Assembly: GCA_965261395.1 (NCBI GenBank)
Contig: OZ253462.1
Location: 3,520,001-3,584,000 of the forward strand
DNA: 64,000 nt
Origin: Candidatus Latescibacterota bacterium
Lineage (GTDB): Bacteria; Latescibacterota; UBA2968; UBA8231
Reading direction: 5' to 3'
Below the pieces are notes generated by a model. It was not told the origin of the DNA, searched no databases, and saw only the letters and a list, made by a program, of their open reading frames with translations. Below, piece after piece: positions 1 to 10,450 of the stretch. A program made the position numbers and the translations under genes. Positions within the stretch are counted from its first letter, which is position 1. Every line of letters starts with the position of its first letter.

Positions 1-565
1 GATCCCGCCACACGGCAAAGCGAATCAGCCAGCCACTGTATGGCCGCGGATCGGCACCCCGCGCCAATAGCATCGTGACGATGGCGAGGTGCCCGGCGCT
101 GACGGCGTAGTGCAAAACCGTCGTGCGCCGACAGGAATCGTGCTGCGCCTTTTCGGCCGTTGCCAGACCCAGTTCTCGGTCGAGGTAGTCGGCGACCGCA
201 TCGCTTTCGCCGAGAAAGGCAGCGGTGTAGATATCGGTCGTGGCACCGCGTGTTAGCAGCCGGTCGGCGACTGCGTGATGGCGCTTGTAACGGGCGGCGC
301 AGTAGGGGGAGATTTCGACTAGCAGAGGCGTGAAGTGACAGCCGCAGGCGTGGATGTCAGCGCCTTGATCGAGCAGGTAATCGACCATGGCGAGCCGTCC
401 CCGGTACGCAGCTTCCCACAGCATGGTGCGACCGTGCGAACCGACGCGGCTGATCCACGCTGGTTTTTGCGCCAATACGGCCTGAACGGTTTGGAGGTCG
501 CCGCGCCCGGCGGCAGCGACCGCGACCTTGAGAAAATCACTGGCTTTTCCCGGCAGAATCGACAT
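1..565 (-). CDS. Ankyrin-repeat protein (partial, runs off left edge; absent from ORF track)
   Basis: Manual translation from ATG at 565: MSILPGKASDFLKVAVAAGRGDLQTV...GRTMLWEAAYRGRLAMVDYLLDQGADIH...TVLHYAVSAGHLAIVTMLLARGADP. Canonical ankyrin motifs, no stop to the window edge. Confidence 0.85.
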   Translation of the reverse strand, partial: MSILPGKASDFLKVAVAAAGRGDLQTVQAVLAQKPAWISRVGSHGRTMLWEAAYRGRLAMVDYLLDQGADIHACGCHFTPLLVEISPYCAARYKRHHAVADRLLTRGATTDIYTAAFLGESDAVADYLDRELGLATAEKAQHDSCRRTTVLHYAVSAGHLAIVTMLLARGADPRPYSGWLIRFAVWRD

Positions 566-577
566 TGTTACCTGACC

Positions 578-1948
578 TTAAGGACTATAGTAGTTCCAAG
601 TCATCTTACTGCGGCGGTAGTGGTCTTGCGACCACAGTCGCGGACGATCAGAACCCAGATTCTCGGACTCGTTGAAGTAGATGTGGAGTTGGTTGCCGTG
701 CAAGACGATCAGTTCTTCGCGCCAATCTCCAGCTACATCGGCGACGTAGAGCCGGTCGGCCTTTTCCTTGAAGTGGTGGAGAAAGCGTCCGCTGAGCGGA
801 TCGAAGATGCCAACGTCCCCGGAGGTATGGCGCTCTTTGGCTGCGGCAAGCTGCTTGCGGTCGCCCGTCCAATCGATCTTGTGGATGACCTCGACCCCTC
901 TTACGGTCCAGCCCTCGGGTGCGACATCGTCCATTTGGTAATCCGCGATCTTCTTTCCCTGTGCGTCAAAGACGAAGGGCTTCTGATGCTCGTTATAGCG
1001 GCTCCGACACCATATCTCCAGGCCCGGCCGCTCCAAGTCGAATTCGCCGACCGCTGCATTCTGGGGTTCTTGATGGCGGAAGTGCGTTTCCCAGAAGAGT
1101 TGTTCGTGGTTGTAGAGGAAAATGCGATTGCCGCCACCTTCTTCTAAGGCGACGATTTCCAAGCCTGGTACGTTGGGTAGTACGTCGTAGATGAAGATCG
1201 AGTCGATGTGACCTTTTAAGGGAATCCGCAGTAGGATTTTTCCATCGGCAGAGACGACCGTTGCGCCGATGACCTCGTCTTGCCCATCTCTATTCAGATC
1301 GGCCAGCCGTACGCCGTTGTGGGCGCAGGAGACGAAATCGTCGCGTTCCCACAGGGGGGCAAAATTTCCGCGACGGAGATCTTCTATCGCATAGGCCGCT
1401 AGAAAGCGCCCCATGCGGTATCCCTCGGCGTTGGTGGCTTGGAGGAGTATGTCTCGATCTCCCGCGCCACGGAAATTGGCGACGACCAAATGCTCCCAGC
1501 GTTGGGTGCCTTTAGGAATGGGCGGCTTTGCGCTCCACTGCTCGCGCCCTGTAGTGCCATCGACCACATGGAGCGTGCCATCCTGGGTAAGGAACAGCAC
1601 TTCGACCTGTTCATCGCCATCGATGTCTGCGGCCTGAACGCCTGGACCGTGATGGCCGGGTAGGCCGAGGCGCTCTGAGGAGCCGCCTATCCAGAGGTCG
1701 GTTTCGAGTACCCAGAGTTTGCGGCCATCGTGGGCATGAGCTGTGAGATAATTGGGAACGGTGACCAAGTAATCCATGCGTCCATCCCCATTCAGATCGG
1801 CGACAATGAGGCCGCCGGCAGAATCCGTAGGGCCTGGAATGTCCAGTTGGATGACGAATGGATTTACGGGGTATGCAGGCCAGGGCGACCGCCTGTTCCC
1901 GGTGGTGGAACAACTGGCTAGGATTAACAGCGTCAGAAGCAGTTGCAA
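578..1948 (-). CDS. Lipoprotein beta-propeller with FG-GAP-like Ca loops, PL11 rhamnogalacturonan-lyase-like
   Basis: Lipobox LILASC; repeats ADLNGDGRMD, ADIDGDEQVE, ADLNRDGQDE; PL11-like motifs HNGVRLAD, GHIDS, ADVAGDWREEL. Confidence 0.65.
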   Translation of the reverse strand: MQLLLTLLILASCSTTGNRRSPWPAYPVNPFVIQLDIPGPTDSAGGLIVADLNGDGRMDYLVTVPNYLTAHAHDGRKLWVLETDLWIGGSSERLGLPGHHGPGVQAADIDGDEQVEVLFLTQDGTLHVVDGTTGREQWSAKPPIPKGTQRWEHLVVANFRGAGDRDILLQATNAEGYRMGRFLAAYAIEDLRRGNFAPLWERDDFVSCAHNGVRLADLNRDGQDEVIGATVVSADGKILLRIPLKGHIDSIFIYDVLPNVPGLEIVALEEGGGNRIFLYNHEQLFWETHFRHQEPQNAAVGEFDLERPGLEIWCRSRYNEHQKPFVFDAQGKKIADYQMDDVAPEGWTVRGVEVIHKIDWTGDRKQLAAAKERHTSGDVGIFDPLSGRFLHHFKEKADRLYVADVAGDWREELIVLHGNQLHIYFNESENLGSDRPRLWSQDHYRRSKMTWNYYSP

Positions 1949-1951
1949 TGC

Positions 1952-2884
1952 TTAGATCCCGTTCGAGCGGGCGCAGGCTAAGGCGACAATGGCAGCAGGC
2001 GCGTGCCAAAACGCAGACCAATTCTCGCCTCTATCCTCACTGCGGTAGAGCTGATCCTCGACAGCAGCCCAAGCAATCCCCTCGGCGTCAAAGGCGATGT
2101 GGAAAGTGTCGATATTGCCCTTGGCTTCGGGAAAGCCAGCAAGTGCCCGAGTCCAGGTGCGGCCGGCGTCGTGCGAAAAGTAGAGCTTGCCCTGCACATC
2201 GCCGCCATGGCCCGGTCCTTTGCTGACGCTGGCCAGCAGGCAGTCGGGATCGCGCGGGTGGACGGCCAAGGCGCGGCCATAGCGGTGTTCCAAGCCCTCG
2301 TTCCGATGCTCCCAAGAGTGGCCGTAGTCGTCGCTGGCAAAGACCGCGTCCGCAGTGTTGGCGTACAAGCGTCCCTCCATAGGGGCGGTGGCCACCTGAT
2401 GCACATCCGCGTGCAAGTCCGGGGTCACCGGCTCCCAGGTAGTGCCGCGGTCGGGCGAACGCATGATGCTGCCGACGTGGATATCGGCGAAAACCCAGTC
2501 GCCACTGCGCGCCAAACCGCGCACGGCCGGCGGACCGCCCCAAGGCGTGTACCAGCTCTGGCGGCATTCCAAAGCATCAAAGGATTCTATCCGGCTCGCC
2601 GGCCCGCTGTCGCCATTGAGACAGTACACGTGGGGCGGCTCCGTGCCCAGCAGCACTTGCAGCGGCTCTTCGGACAGCAGGGAGATGCACTCGACTGAAT
2701 CGCCGATGCCGGTGGCCTGCGGTTGGGCTTGGCCGTCGGCCAAGACGACCACTTGACCATCGGCCAAACCAATGGCGGAACAACGGACGCCCTCGTCTAG
2801 GCAGCGGATGCCGTCGGTGGCCAAGCATTGCGTGGGAGTTTCCCCCTCCAAGGTGAAAACTTGGTTACTAGTGACTATGAGCAT
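1952..2884 (-). CDS. BNR/Asp-box (sialidase-like) beta-propeller protein
   Basis: Asp-box motifs SPDRGTTW, SDDYGHSW, SHDAGRTW, SEDRGENW; start moved to ATG 2884 behind an AGGAGG RBS. Confidence 0.8.
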   Translation of the reverse strand: MLIVTSNQVFTLEGETPTQCLATDGIRCLDEGVRCSAIGLADGQVVVLADGQAQPQATGIGDSVECISLLSEEPLQVLLGTEPPHVYCLNGDSGPASRIESFDALECRQSWYTPWGGPPAVRGLARSGDWVFADIHVGSIMRSPDRGTTWEPVTPDLHADVHQVATAPMEGRLYANTADAVFASDDYGHSWEHRNEGLEHRYGRALAVHPRDPDCLLASVSKGPGHGGDVQGKLYFSHDAGRTWTRALAGFPEAKGNIDTFHIAFDAEGIAWAAVEDQLYRSEDRGENWSAFWHAPAAIVALACARSNGI

Positions 2885-2958
2885 GATCGTCCTCCTGACG
2901 TTGGTTTTATAAAAGTCAAACCTTGCACAAATATGGGCCGATGATTTGACGCACCTGC

Positions 2959-4248
2959 TCAGCGCTTGAAGTCGTACTCCATCAGTTCGGCAGTGCCCTG
3001 CCATACGATACCATTGTGCCCCAGCCGACGTGCTTCGTCAACGATGCGGTCGATTGCCTCTGGTGGCCAACCCTCTCCGTGGATAATTGGATAGGATGGC
3101 ATGTCCGCCGGTAGGTATAGTTTCGTCTTCACCAGATCCCGCAAAACCAAGTCGGCCGTGGGGATCCGATAGGCCAGCGTCGCCGGCTCGTCAGCGCCGT
3201 ATGCGGCGATGGTCTCCGGCAACCCCATGCCGTCGTAGCCCGTAAATCGATAGACGAGCTGTAGGGCATCCTCTTCCGGCAGGTTGGGAATTTCCTGCTG
3301 CAGAAAGCGGGCCCACTCGATGAACGTGTTGCAGACAAAGGCGGAAATGTGGGACACCAGCGGGCTGGCAAAGTCGGCCATCTCATCCCAGCGCCGGTAA
3401 TTGTGGCCCGCCGTCAGGGCCATGGAGGCCGGGTAGGTGTCGGTGCCAAAGGCCTTGCCAGGGGCGGCCGCGTGCACCGCCGCCCGAAAGCGCGCTAGAT
3501 TGCGGGTGAGCAGGTCACAGCGGAAGCGGACCCAGTCGAGGACCCCCGACCGCAGACCGAGCGCGTGGACCACATCGAAGAAACCAACCCCGAGACGGAC
3601 TGCTTCACCGAGGCGAGCACCGTCGAGCCGGCGCAGGCTCTCCCGGGTACGCTGCAAGTCCTCGACCATTGCTTCCATGTCGTAACCGAGCTCTTGGGCG
3701 GCGGCTGTGCAAGAAGAACAGGTGCAGCCAAAAAGCCCTAGGGGAAAACTGCCCATCGGATAGCGGAAGTGGGTGATGTCGAGCGCGTCGAGATCATACT
3801 GGGTCGCCCAGTACACGCACACGGCTTCGATCCAGTCTTGCACATCCTCCCGCGATGGACAGAACATGAGCCGGCGGATCGTCCAAGCTCCTCCGCACGT
3901 CCACACATTCAGGCCTGCCTCCTTTAGCTGTCCCACAGCCTGTCTGAAGGCTTTGTCGTCGCCCCGAGCCGCAACGCCGGGACCGCACAGGGCCTGAGCC
4001 TGCTGGTATTCCCGCGGGTCTATGGGCCGACCATCGAAATGCCGTATAACGAGCTTGGTCAGCTCCTCTGCTGTCGGCGTGCGTCCCCCATAGGGACTGA
4101 GGGCGAGCACCTCCTCCGATAGCTGGCCCGTAAAGGAGAGAACCACCGTATTCAGACCGATCTCATCGCGCAGCCGCTCGACATAATCGGGGTATTTGAG
4201 CACCACATCCGTGGTCAGATAAATTCCCGTGAGCCAATTATTGGTCAT
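2959..4248 (-). CDS. TIM-barrel glycoside-hydrolase-like protein (GHL10/DUF187-like)
   Basis: MFCPS...DALDITHFRYP and Cys cluster GCTCSSC, WVRFRC; start moved to ATG 4248 behind GAAAGGA. Confidence 0.5.
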   Translation of the reverse strand: MTNNWLTGIYLTTDVVLKYPDYVERLRDEIGLNTVVLSFTGQLSEEVLALSPYGGRTPTAEELTKLVIRHFDGRPIDPREYQQAQALCGPGVAARGDDKAFRQAVGQLKEAGLNVWTCGGAWTIRRLMFCPSREDVQDWIEAVCVYWATQYDLDALDITHFRYPMGSFPLGLFGCTCSSCTAAAQELGYDMEAMVEDLQRTRESLRRLDGARLGEAVRLGVGFFDVVHALGLRSGVLDWVRFRCDLLTRNLARFRAAVHAAAPGKAFGTDTYPASMALTAGHNYRRWDEMADFASPLVSHISAFVCNTFIEWARFLQQEIPNLPEEDALQLVYRFTGYDGMGLPETIAAYGADEPATLAYRIPTADLVLRDLVKTKLYLPADMPSYPIIHGEGWPPEAIDRIVDEARRLGHNGIVWQGTAELMEYDFKR

Positions 4249-4317
4249 TTGTTTCCTTTCGGGAGTCGTAGCGAATCTACATCCCTCGTCGAACGAAATG
4301 CGACTCATATCAGAATA

Positions 4318-4353
4318 GAGCCGGGGCTTCTAGCTGCCAACAAGCCCGGACTC
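4318..4353 (-). terminator. Possible stem-loop/terminator after the DUF6785 gene
   Basis: Minus strand GAGTCCGGGCTT-N12-AAGCCCCGGCTC (11 of 12 pairs including one G-U), weak T tail. Confidence 0.35.
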
Positions 4354-6364
4354 AAATTACAAATATCATGTTGTCTGTCATGCCAGTGAACCCATCAATT
4401 ATTGTCCATATACCCGCCGAGACGAACTGTCCCAGGACCATTCCCAAAAAGAAGGGGCGCAGGGCCCTAAACATCTTGGGCCCGCCATAGCGCAATACGA
4501 TGATCTTGACCAGCCAAGCCAGAAAGATGCTGAACCAAGTCCAGTCCATCACCCGGCTGCCGGCAACAGTCAATCCCAGCGGATGGAGCGGCCACCACAG
4601 AAATTTGTGTCGCAATAGCGTCAGCATGCCCATGAGCGAGGCGCCAATGCCTGTATTCATCCACATGCCCCAAGTCACGTCGATCGGTCGGTTGGTTACC
4701 GTCGATACCAGATCAAAGGGTAGCAAATTTGCCCCCAAGCAGAACCACGAGTGGATGTTCACGCCCCCGACCTCATAAACCAGCCTGAGCATCAGCCCAA
4801 ACGACACGATCAGCGATACGATTAGCGCCGCGACAATACAGCCAAACACCGGCCGCTTGCGTCCCTGGAAACGCTTGTCGTCCAACAGCTTCAACCCGTT
4901 GGCGATCGATGCCATCAAAAAGGTCCGAATATCCGAAGACCACCCGTAGGTATAACCCAGCGCCGTCACTCCCTGCGCGCCCAGTGCTGGAGTGCCGACG
5001 GCATAGAGCATAAAGTTGGGCGCGATCAGAGGTGCCCGGCACGCCGCCATACCGCCCTCGACCACGATGCGGGTAATGGCGATAAAGATCACAAAGGCGA
5101 TAAACAGGAACAGCCCGCCCGCCCAAAGAGGTAAGCCGGCGGCCCTGAGCCAGACGAGCATGACGACCACCGACACCAGGGTGCCGATCACCGCGCTCCG
5201 ATAGGAGAGAATCTCGCCGGAATCATCCACATCAGGAGCCGGGGTAAACGCCTTTCTAAACACATCTTTCAGGTGGCCCCTGGCGACCCATCCGCCATAG
5301 AGCACCAGTGTCAACATCGCTCCGATCGCGGTCGAGGAGAATATCCCTGAACTGCCGCCGTAGTGATTGACCCGCAATTGCAGGTACACCCCGAGGGTAT
5401 TGAACACTCCGTCCAGGCATTTGGCCACCACATCCAGAGACCAGAGCCCGAATGCCACATCCTGATTGATCAAATAGGCAAATCCCATCACGGGGAAACT
5501 GATCATAAAGCGCAACTGGATCGATTCCCGCAGCAGCGGGAGAGTGACGCCGGGATAGAGGAGGTTGAATGAGGGCAAATAATCGTAGTAAGCGTTGAGG
5601 CCAATGGAAGAAGTGACCAAGGAAGCAAAGGCGAAACCCAGCCACATCAGGGGATTTTTGAAGAACCCCGCCAGCAGACCGTCCCTGCTATTCTCACCGA
5701 TCATGTCGAGGGGGGCCCTGATGATGGGATAGATCAGCCTTTCGTGCTCTATCCACTGCTTTCTCAGAATGACCATCAGCGCGATCATCACAAAGTAGAA
5801 GGCGGCGAAGAAGACGCTCCAGTAAGCCAGCGGCTTCAACCACACAGCCCACGGAATCGACTCGCCTTGCGGCAGGCCCTCAAAGAAGTACTTGCTCGCC
5901 AGTGGATCCTCGATGATCATCCATCCTCTGACATAGGGGGCCACCAGATTCGCCCAGTCGTTCTCGGGCGTGGCAAAGTAGGGCAGCGTCGCCAGCAGGG
6001 GGATCTGGTAGTGGGTCAGCCCCATTCCCGTGATCGCGCACGAGGTCATCATCATCACATAGATGAGGATCAACTCCGTCGGCGTGAATGCCACTCTGGG
6101 TCCCATGAGCCTCAACAGCACATTGACGCCGGCCACTAAGAAAAAGAAAATGAATAGAGCCCCGCCGGTGCTGAAGTCATCGGACATGCGCGAACTTCTG
6201 AGGAAGATTTCCCCGTACTGCGTTCCCCCGCCTACCAGGGCCGAGCACACCAGACCGATAAAAAAAGCTCTCGGCGTCACCCCAGAGGAATTACCCACTC
6301 GCGTCTCTGTTCGCTTCTGTTCCTTCATCCTCCTCTGGCTCCCTCTAGTAACAGATTCCCCCAC
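4352..6364 (-). CDS. DUF6785/DUF6784 polytopic membrane protein (putative transporter)
   Basis: Many TM helices; family motifs LRKQWIEHERLIYP, RIVVEGG, WWPLHPLG, PFFLGMVLG. Alternative start 6328. Confidence 0.8.
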   Translation of the reverse strand: MGESVTRGSQRRMKEQKRTETRVGNSSGVTPRAFFIGLVCSALVGGGTQYGEIFLRSSRMSDDFSTGGALFIFFFLVAGVNVLLRLMGPRVAFTPTELILIYVMMMTSCAITGMGLTHYQIPLLATLPYFATPENDWANLVAPYVRGWMIIEDPLASKYFFEGLPQGESIPWAVWLKPLAYWSVFFAAFYFVMIALMVILRKQWIEHERLIYPIIRAPLDMIGENSRDGLLAGFFKNPLMWLGFAFASLVTSSIGLNAYYDYLPSFNLLYPGVTLPLLRESIQLRFMISFPVMGFAYLINQDVAFGLWSLDVVAKCLDGVFNTLGVYLQLRVNHYGGSSGIFSSTAIGAMLTLVLYGGWVARGHLKDVFRKAFTPAPDVDDSGEILSYRSAVIGTLVSVVVMLVWLRAAGLPLWAGGLFLFIAFVIFIAITRIVVEGGMAACRAPLIAPNFMLYAVGTPALGAQGVTALGYTYGWSSDIRTFLMASIANGLKLLDDKRFQGRKRPVFGCIVAALIVSLIVSFGLMLRLVYEVGGVNIHSWFCLGANLLPFDLVSTVTNRPIDVTWGMWMNTGIGASLMGMLTLLRHKFLWWPLHPLGLTVAGSRVMDWTWFSIFLAWLVKIIVLRYGGPKMFRALRPFFLGMVLGQFVSAGIWTIIDGFTGMTDNMIFVI

Positions 6365-6398
6365 AGCGATTTTATCCTGCGTCGCACCATTGCGATTG

Positions 6399-7673
6399 CT
6401 ACTTTTTGCTTAGTATAACTTGGTCCCCAGCCGCGTTCCTGAGCATCACAGTGACGGCTTTCGCTTCTCCGGGCAGCCGGATCTCCTCTGAAACCCGCAC
6501 TACTTTTCCCGGTAGCAAGCTCTTGGTGAAAAGAGACTCACCGCTAGCCGCATCCTGCGCGATGAGTTCGGTTTCTGCCGATACCCCAATATCCATTTTC
6601 AAGACGGCCTTGCCACCATTGCCGCTCTCGAAGGTCAGGCTCGGCTCATCCAACAGCAGATAATCTCCTGTGAGCCTGTACAAAGAGACAATCTGTTCCT
6701 TGGAGACACCGTGAAACATCGCCATATCCACGGTGTACTCGCACACCTCGCCTCGGTCGAGGTCGACAGAGTACCCCTCCCGCTCCCAGCGGTCGGCGTG
6801 ATTGGAGATGTGCCGGGTCAGCGAGGGCTCTAAGTAGTATGTGTCTGCACCCCGCGTATATCCTATGTAGGCGGGGATCTCCCTATCCTCGACAGACACC
6901 GAAGAGATGGCCATAGCCATCACTTGCTGGCTCTCGTCGTCCCCAATGACACCCCACCGCGCCGGCACAAACAACTGGAGACCGCCCGAGCCCCCCCTGC
7001 GGAAATCCACTGCTTCGGGTATCGGCCACGAGTGCCACGACTGGTCCGGGATCTGGTATTGGGGGATGAGTCCGCTCCACACCACCCAGCACTGACTGCC
7101 GGGGGCGAAAAAATAATCGCTGTCGTCGCACTCGCCTCCGACGCAGGGACTGCCGTGGACGCAGTGTTGAAAGCGGGCGCGCCGTTCGCCGACATTTTCT
7201 ATTTTGTAATCCATCTTCAGCCGCGTAGAGCCCTCGTAAGCGGTCGTGGTCTTTGCGAATCTCAGTTCGCACAATTTGCCGGTGACTGGGTCGGGGTAGG
7301 GAAAAGTCATCTCACCTACCAAGACTGCACGGTGTTCGTAGATCCGGGCTGTCATCTCCCACGGTTGGGTCCATAGGTAGCCCATGTAGGGCGATCCCCC
7401 GGTCCACGGCACGCATTCGGCGACACCGCCGTGCGGATAGTGTTTCCCGTGGTTTTTGTCGAGGGGTTCGAGTTGTCTTAGCTGTTCCACGCCGGCGATT
7501 TTGTCGAAATAACTCAGCGGCGACCGGCCTCGGGTATGGGCTATCTCACTTCTGATGTATTTATTCTCGAACACATATATCGGCTGCCCATCGCGTTCGC
7601 TGATATAGAGAGATACTTGGCCCATTCCGGGGAGGGCCCACAAGAGAGCTAGGGATAAAGCCCATGATCTCAT
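6399..7673 (-). CDS. Secreted galactose-mutarotase-like (aldose 1-epimerase fold) protein
   Basis: Signal peptide MRSWALSLALLWALPGMG; FENKYIR, GGVAECVP, YKIENVG...HCVHG pattern. Confidence 0.5.
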   Translation of the reverse strand: MRSWALSLALLWALPGMGQVSLYISERDGQPIYVFENKYIRSEIAHTRGRSPLSYFDKIAGVEQLRQLEPLDKNHGKHYPHGGVAECVPWTGGSPYMGYLWTQPWEMTARIYEHRAVLVGEMTFPYPDPVTGKLCELRFAKTTTAYEGSTRLKMDYKIENVGERRARFQHCVHGSPCVGGECDDSDYFFAPGSQCWVVWSGLIPQYQIPDQSWHSWPIPEAVDFRRGGSGGLQLFVPARWGVIGDDESQQVMAMAISSVSVEDREIPAYIGYTRGADTYYLEPSLTRHISNHADRWEREGYSVDLDRGEVCEYTVDMAMFHGVSKEQIVSLYRLTGDYLLLDEPSLTFESGNGGKAVLKMDIGVSAETELIAQDAASGESLFTKSLLPGKVVRVSEEIRLPGEAKAVTVMLRNAAGDQVILSKK

Positions 7674-7715
7674 CGAAAAACTCCTTTCGCGAATGCTATG
7701 ATCGAGCCTCTGACA

Positions 7716-9461
7716 TCAGGGCGCACGGCTGCTGTCGTTCCATCCACCTCCGACCCATCCCCTGCCTTCCTCGATCACGACGCGCTGATTGACGGCTAAC
7801 TGGCTCATGCGATCCACCGTGCCGCTGGGCCAGCGAACGACGAGTTGCTCTATACTCTCACTCTTCCCCAATCCAAAAGAAGCGTGTAGGTCATTTTGGC
7901 TGTACAGTCCAGAGCCGCTCTTGATCTCCCTGATCTGGCGCAAACCGCCCGCGTTGAGTTCGATCCGCGCCCCCACACCATCCCTGTTGCTCTCTACACC
8001 GACTACTCGGACTTGGAACCAGTTGTGCTGGGTACCCCCATCGTTTCGCAGCAGGTCGGCACGGCCGACCGAATGGACCACGAAGATATCCACATCGCCG
8101 TCGTTGTCGTAATCGCCGAACGCCGCCCCCCGGCTCACCTTGACGATGGACAGCCCCTCCCCCGAGGCATCGGAGACCTCCACAAAGCGTCTCTGTCCCT
8201 CGTTCCTGAACAACTGGTTGCGCTGGGGATACGAGGTAGAGGCGTCAAAAAGAATCACGTTGTCCAGAGTATGACCGTTGGCGACGAAGATATCCAACAA
8301 ACCATCGTTGTCATAGTCGAAGAAGGCGGTGCTCCAGCCGACATAGGGGAGCGAATAGCGCCCGATACTCGAAGGCGTCGATTCGTACGCGAACAGGCCA
8401 TCGCCTTCGTTCCGATAGAGGCTGGTAGGCTCGCGCTGAAAATTTGGGACAACGAGATCTAGCAAGCCATCGTTGTCATAGTCCCCGAAGTCGGCCCCCA
8501 TACTGGCTTCCATCCGCCCATCACCGCTGTAGCCGACCCCCGCGATAAGAGCTACATCCGCAAAAGTTCCATCGCCGTTGTTCTGGTAGAGGAAATTGGC
8601 TGTCTGGTCATTGGCCACAAAGAGATCCATGTCGCCGTCGTTGTCGTAATCGCCGCACACTAAGCCCATCCCTTTTCCATCTGGATTGAACACCCCGGCT
8701 TGGACCGTGACGTCCGCAAAGGTTCCATCCCCCTCGTTGTGATACAGGGCATCGGGAGCGCCTTTAAAATTATCGGGACTGGGATAGGATCTGGTATCTG
8801 GCGCTACTTCTGCGCCCGCAAAGGAGCCAACGGCATATGGAGTCAGATCCTTGCCAGGGGCATCGAGGGTATACTCGACATAGTTGGCCACATACAAATC
8901 GAGGAATCCGTCGTTGTCATAGTCAAAAAAGGCACAGCCCGTCCCCCACAATTCGTTCCCCAATCCCGTTTGGTCGGTGACGTTCGCAAAGGTTCCATCC
9001 CCCTCGTTGCGATACAGCGCGTTCGGACCGTAATTGGTGAGGTAGATATCCACATCCCCGTCGTTGTCATAATCGGCGGCGGTCACACCCATGCCGTATC
9101 CCCCGTCTCTCACCCCGGCTTCGCGTCCGACTGCGGCGAAGGTTCCATTGCCCCTGTTGCGATAGAGCGCATTGCGCTCTTCAGGGTCAGTGTCAGGACT
9201 CAGATCGTGACCATTGACTGCGTATAAATCGAGAAATCCATCGCTGTCATAGTCCAGAAACGCGCACCCCGGTCCCATGGTTTCGATAAAGTACTTCTGC
9301 CCAGTGCCGCCGTGGGTATAGTGAAAATCGATACCTGCCTCTACGCTCACCTCGACAAAATGCACCTGTCCACTCGTGGCATGGATGGCCGAACCCCAGA
9401 GCACGAGGCAGATCAACCACATTGAGTATGGAAAAAGACGGCCTAGGTAGTCTCTCGACAT
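7716..9461 (-). CDS. CRTAC1-family protein (FG-GAP repeats + ASPIC/UnbV)
   Basis: Seven DYD[NS]DGxxD repeats, ETMGPGCAFLD start motif, C-terminal SNRDGVGARI...FGLG...VRWPSG. Confidence 0.92.
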   Translation of the reverse strand: MSRDYLGRLFPYSMWLICLVLWGSAIHATSGQVHFVEVSVEAGIDFHYTHGGTGQKYFIETMGPGCAFLDYDSDGFLDLYAVNGHDLSPDTDPEERNALYRNRGNGTFAAVGREAGVRDGGYGMGVTAADYDNDGDVDIYLTNYGPNALYRNEGDGTFANVTDQTGLGNELWGTGCAFFDYDNDGFLDLYVANYVEYTLDAPGKDLTPYAVGSFAGAEVAPDTRSYPSPDNFKGAPDALYHNEGDGTFADVTVQAGVFNPDGKGMGLVCGDYDNDGDMDLFVANDQTANFLYQNNGDGTFADVALIAGVGYSGDGRMEASMGADFGDYDNDGLLDLVVPNFQREPTSLYRNEGDGLFAYESTPSSIGRYSLPYVGWSTAFFDYDNDGLLDIFVANGHTLDNVILFDASTSYPQRNQLFRNEGQRRFVEVSDASGEGLSIVKVSRGAAFGDYDNDGDVDIFVVHSVGRADLLRNDGGTQHNWFQVRVVGVESNRDGVGARIELNAGGLRQIREIKSGSGLYSQNDLHASFGLGKSESIEQLVVRWPSGTVDRMSQLAVNQRVVIEEGRGWVGGGWNDSSRAP

Positions 9462-9502
9462 TGAGATAGCGCCTCACGGCAGGAGTTCATGCTCTAGCGG
9501 CG

Positions 9503-10435
9503 CTAGGGAGCCTCTAGAGCATCCTCTACCTGAATATTATCCTGCCCTTCGAGCACCAGAATCCGGGAGAGATGCCGAGCCAGTACTTCGACGATTTGGA
9601 CGACTCCGATCCGCTTCATCTCCCGCCGAGAATACACCGCGAATTTGTGCCCCACCTCAACCTTGTCCGCCAGCCCCAAATTGGCGAAGCCCTCCTTTCC
9701 CTCCAGGGCGAGGATCTTCGGTTCCCGCTGTTGCAGGGCGTGAGGTGGGGAGGTCTTAGCCCTAATTTCTGCAGTTAGTTGCTGGAGTGCAGCTAGCGTA
9801 ACTTTGCCTATGATGGTCCGCCGAAAGCGCTCCACGCCAAAGGGAATCTCGTTGAGTTCGAGCAGGGCGGCCTCTTTACGGGTAGGTTTTCCCAAAAGGG
9901 TCAAGCCCAGATCCCGATCCGTCATTTCGGCCTTACCCGCCGCCGTTCCAACTTGACTCCCAGAGAGCGGCTGCAGCAATTGGAGCTCGACTTCGACCAG
10001 AGCCGTATAGGAGGTGTACCCTCCCAAGAAGGGGTTGCCTGCATTGAACCGTTTGATGGAGAAGTTGCGGATATCGCCGTTCACAACCAGATCGGCACCG
10101 GCGGCACCTCCTATCCTGAGCGCTTGGGCTTCACTCAGGGCGGCACCGTCCTCGCCTGCTGTCAGTAAAGAATCGAGCGTATCCAACGGCAAAACAACTA
10201 TGTTCCGATCCTGTTGGAGCAATTCGCCTAGGACCTGGGGAATATCCCGGCTGATATCCCAGCTACCGCGAAAATAGCTGTGGTCCTCGAAGGGCATGAT
10301 CAGAATCACCGCTTCGGGCTGCAACGCCGCAGAACGAAGCGGATACAGGAGTAGTGCGAGTCCAAACAGGTCGACTCTACAGAGACCAGCCCAGCCCAGA
10401 ATAGCTATTGTTCTTAGCATGGAAAGAGCTGGCAT
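9503..10435 (-). CDS. Periplasmic CsgG/TolB-N-like domain + FlgT C-terminal-like domain protein
   Basis: ILIMPFED...LGELL...IGGAAGADLVVNGDI (CsgG/FlgO/TolB-N fold); C-terminal ANLGLADKVEVGHKFAVY. True start uncertain. Confidence 0.55.
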   Translation of the reverse strand: MPALSMLRTIAILGWAGLCRVDLFGLALLLYPLRSAALQPEAVILIMPFEDHSYFRGSWDISRDIPQVLGELLQQDRNIVVLPLDTLDSLLTAGEDGAALSEAQALRIGGAAGADLVVNGDIRNFSIKRFNAGNPFLGGYTSYTALVEVELQLLQPLSGSQVGTAAGKAEMTDRDLGLTLLGKPTRKEAALLELNEIPFGVERFRRTIIGKVTLAALQQLTAEIRAKTSPPHALQQREPKILALEGKEGFANLGLADKVEVGHKFAVYSRREMKRIGVVQIVEVLARHLSRILVLEGQDNIQVEDALEAP

Positions 10436-10450
10436 GGTGGTATAAAGCCA

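Noticed and set aside
335-1147. 270-aa plus-strand ORF
   Set aside because: Antisense shadow of the ankyrin and PL11-like genes; no motifs of its own.
2905-2914. Palindrome TTTTATAAAA in an intergenic region
   Set aside because: Short, low complexity and not seen repeated elsewhere; no support as an operator.
7716-9461. Repeated GTCGTTGTC[AG]TA motifs as a CRISPR-like array
   Set aside because: They are codons of DYDND FG-GAP repeats inside a CDS, with irregular spacing.
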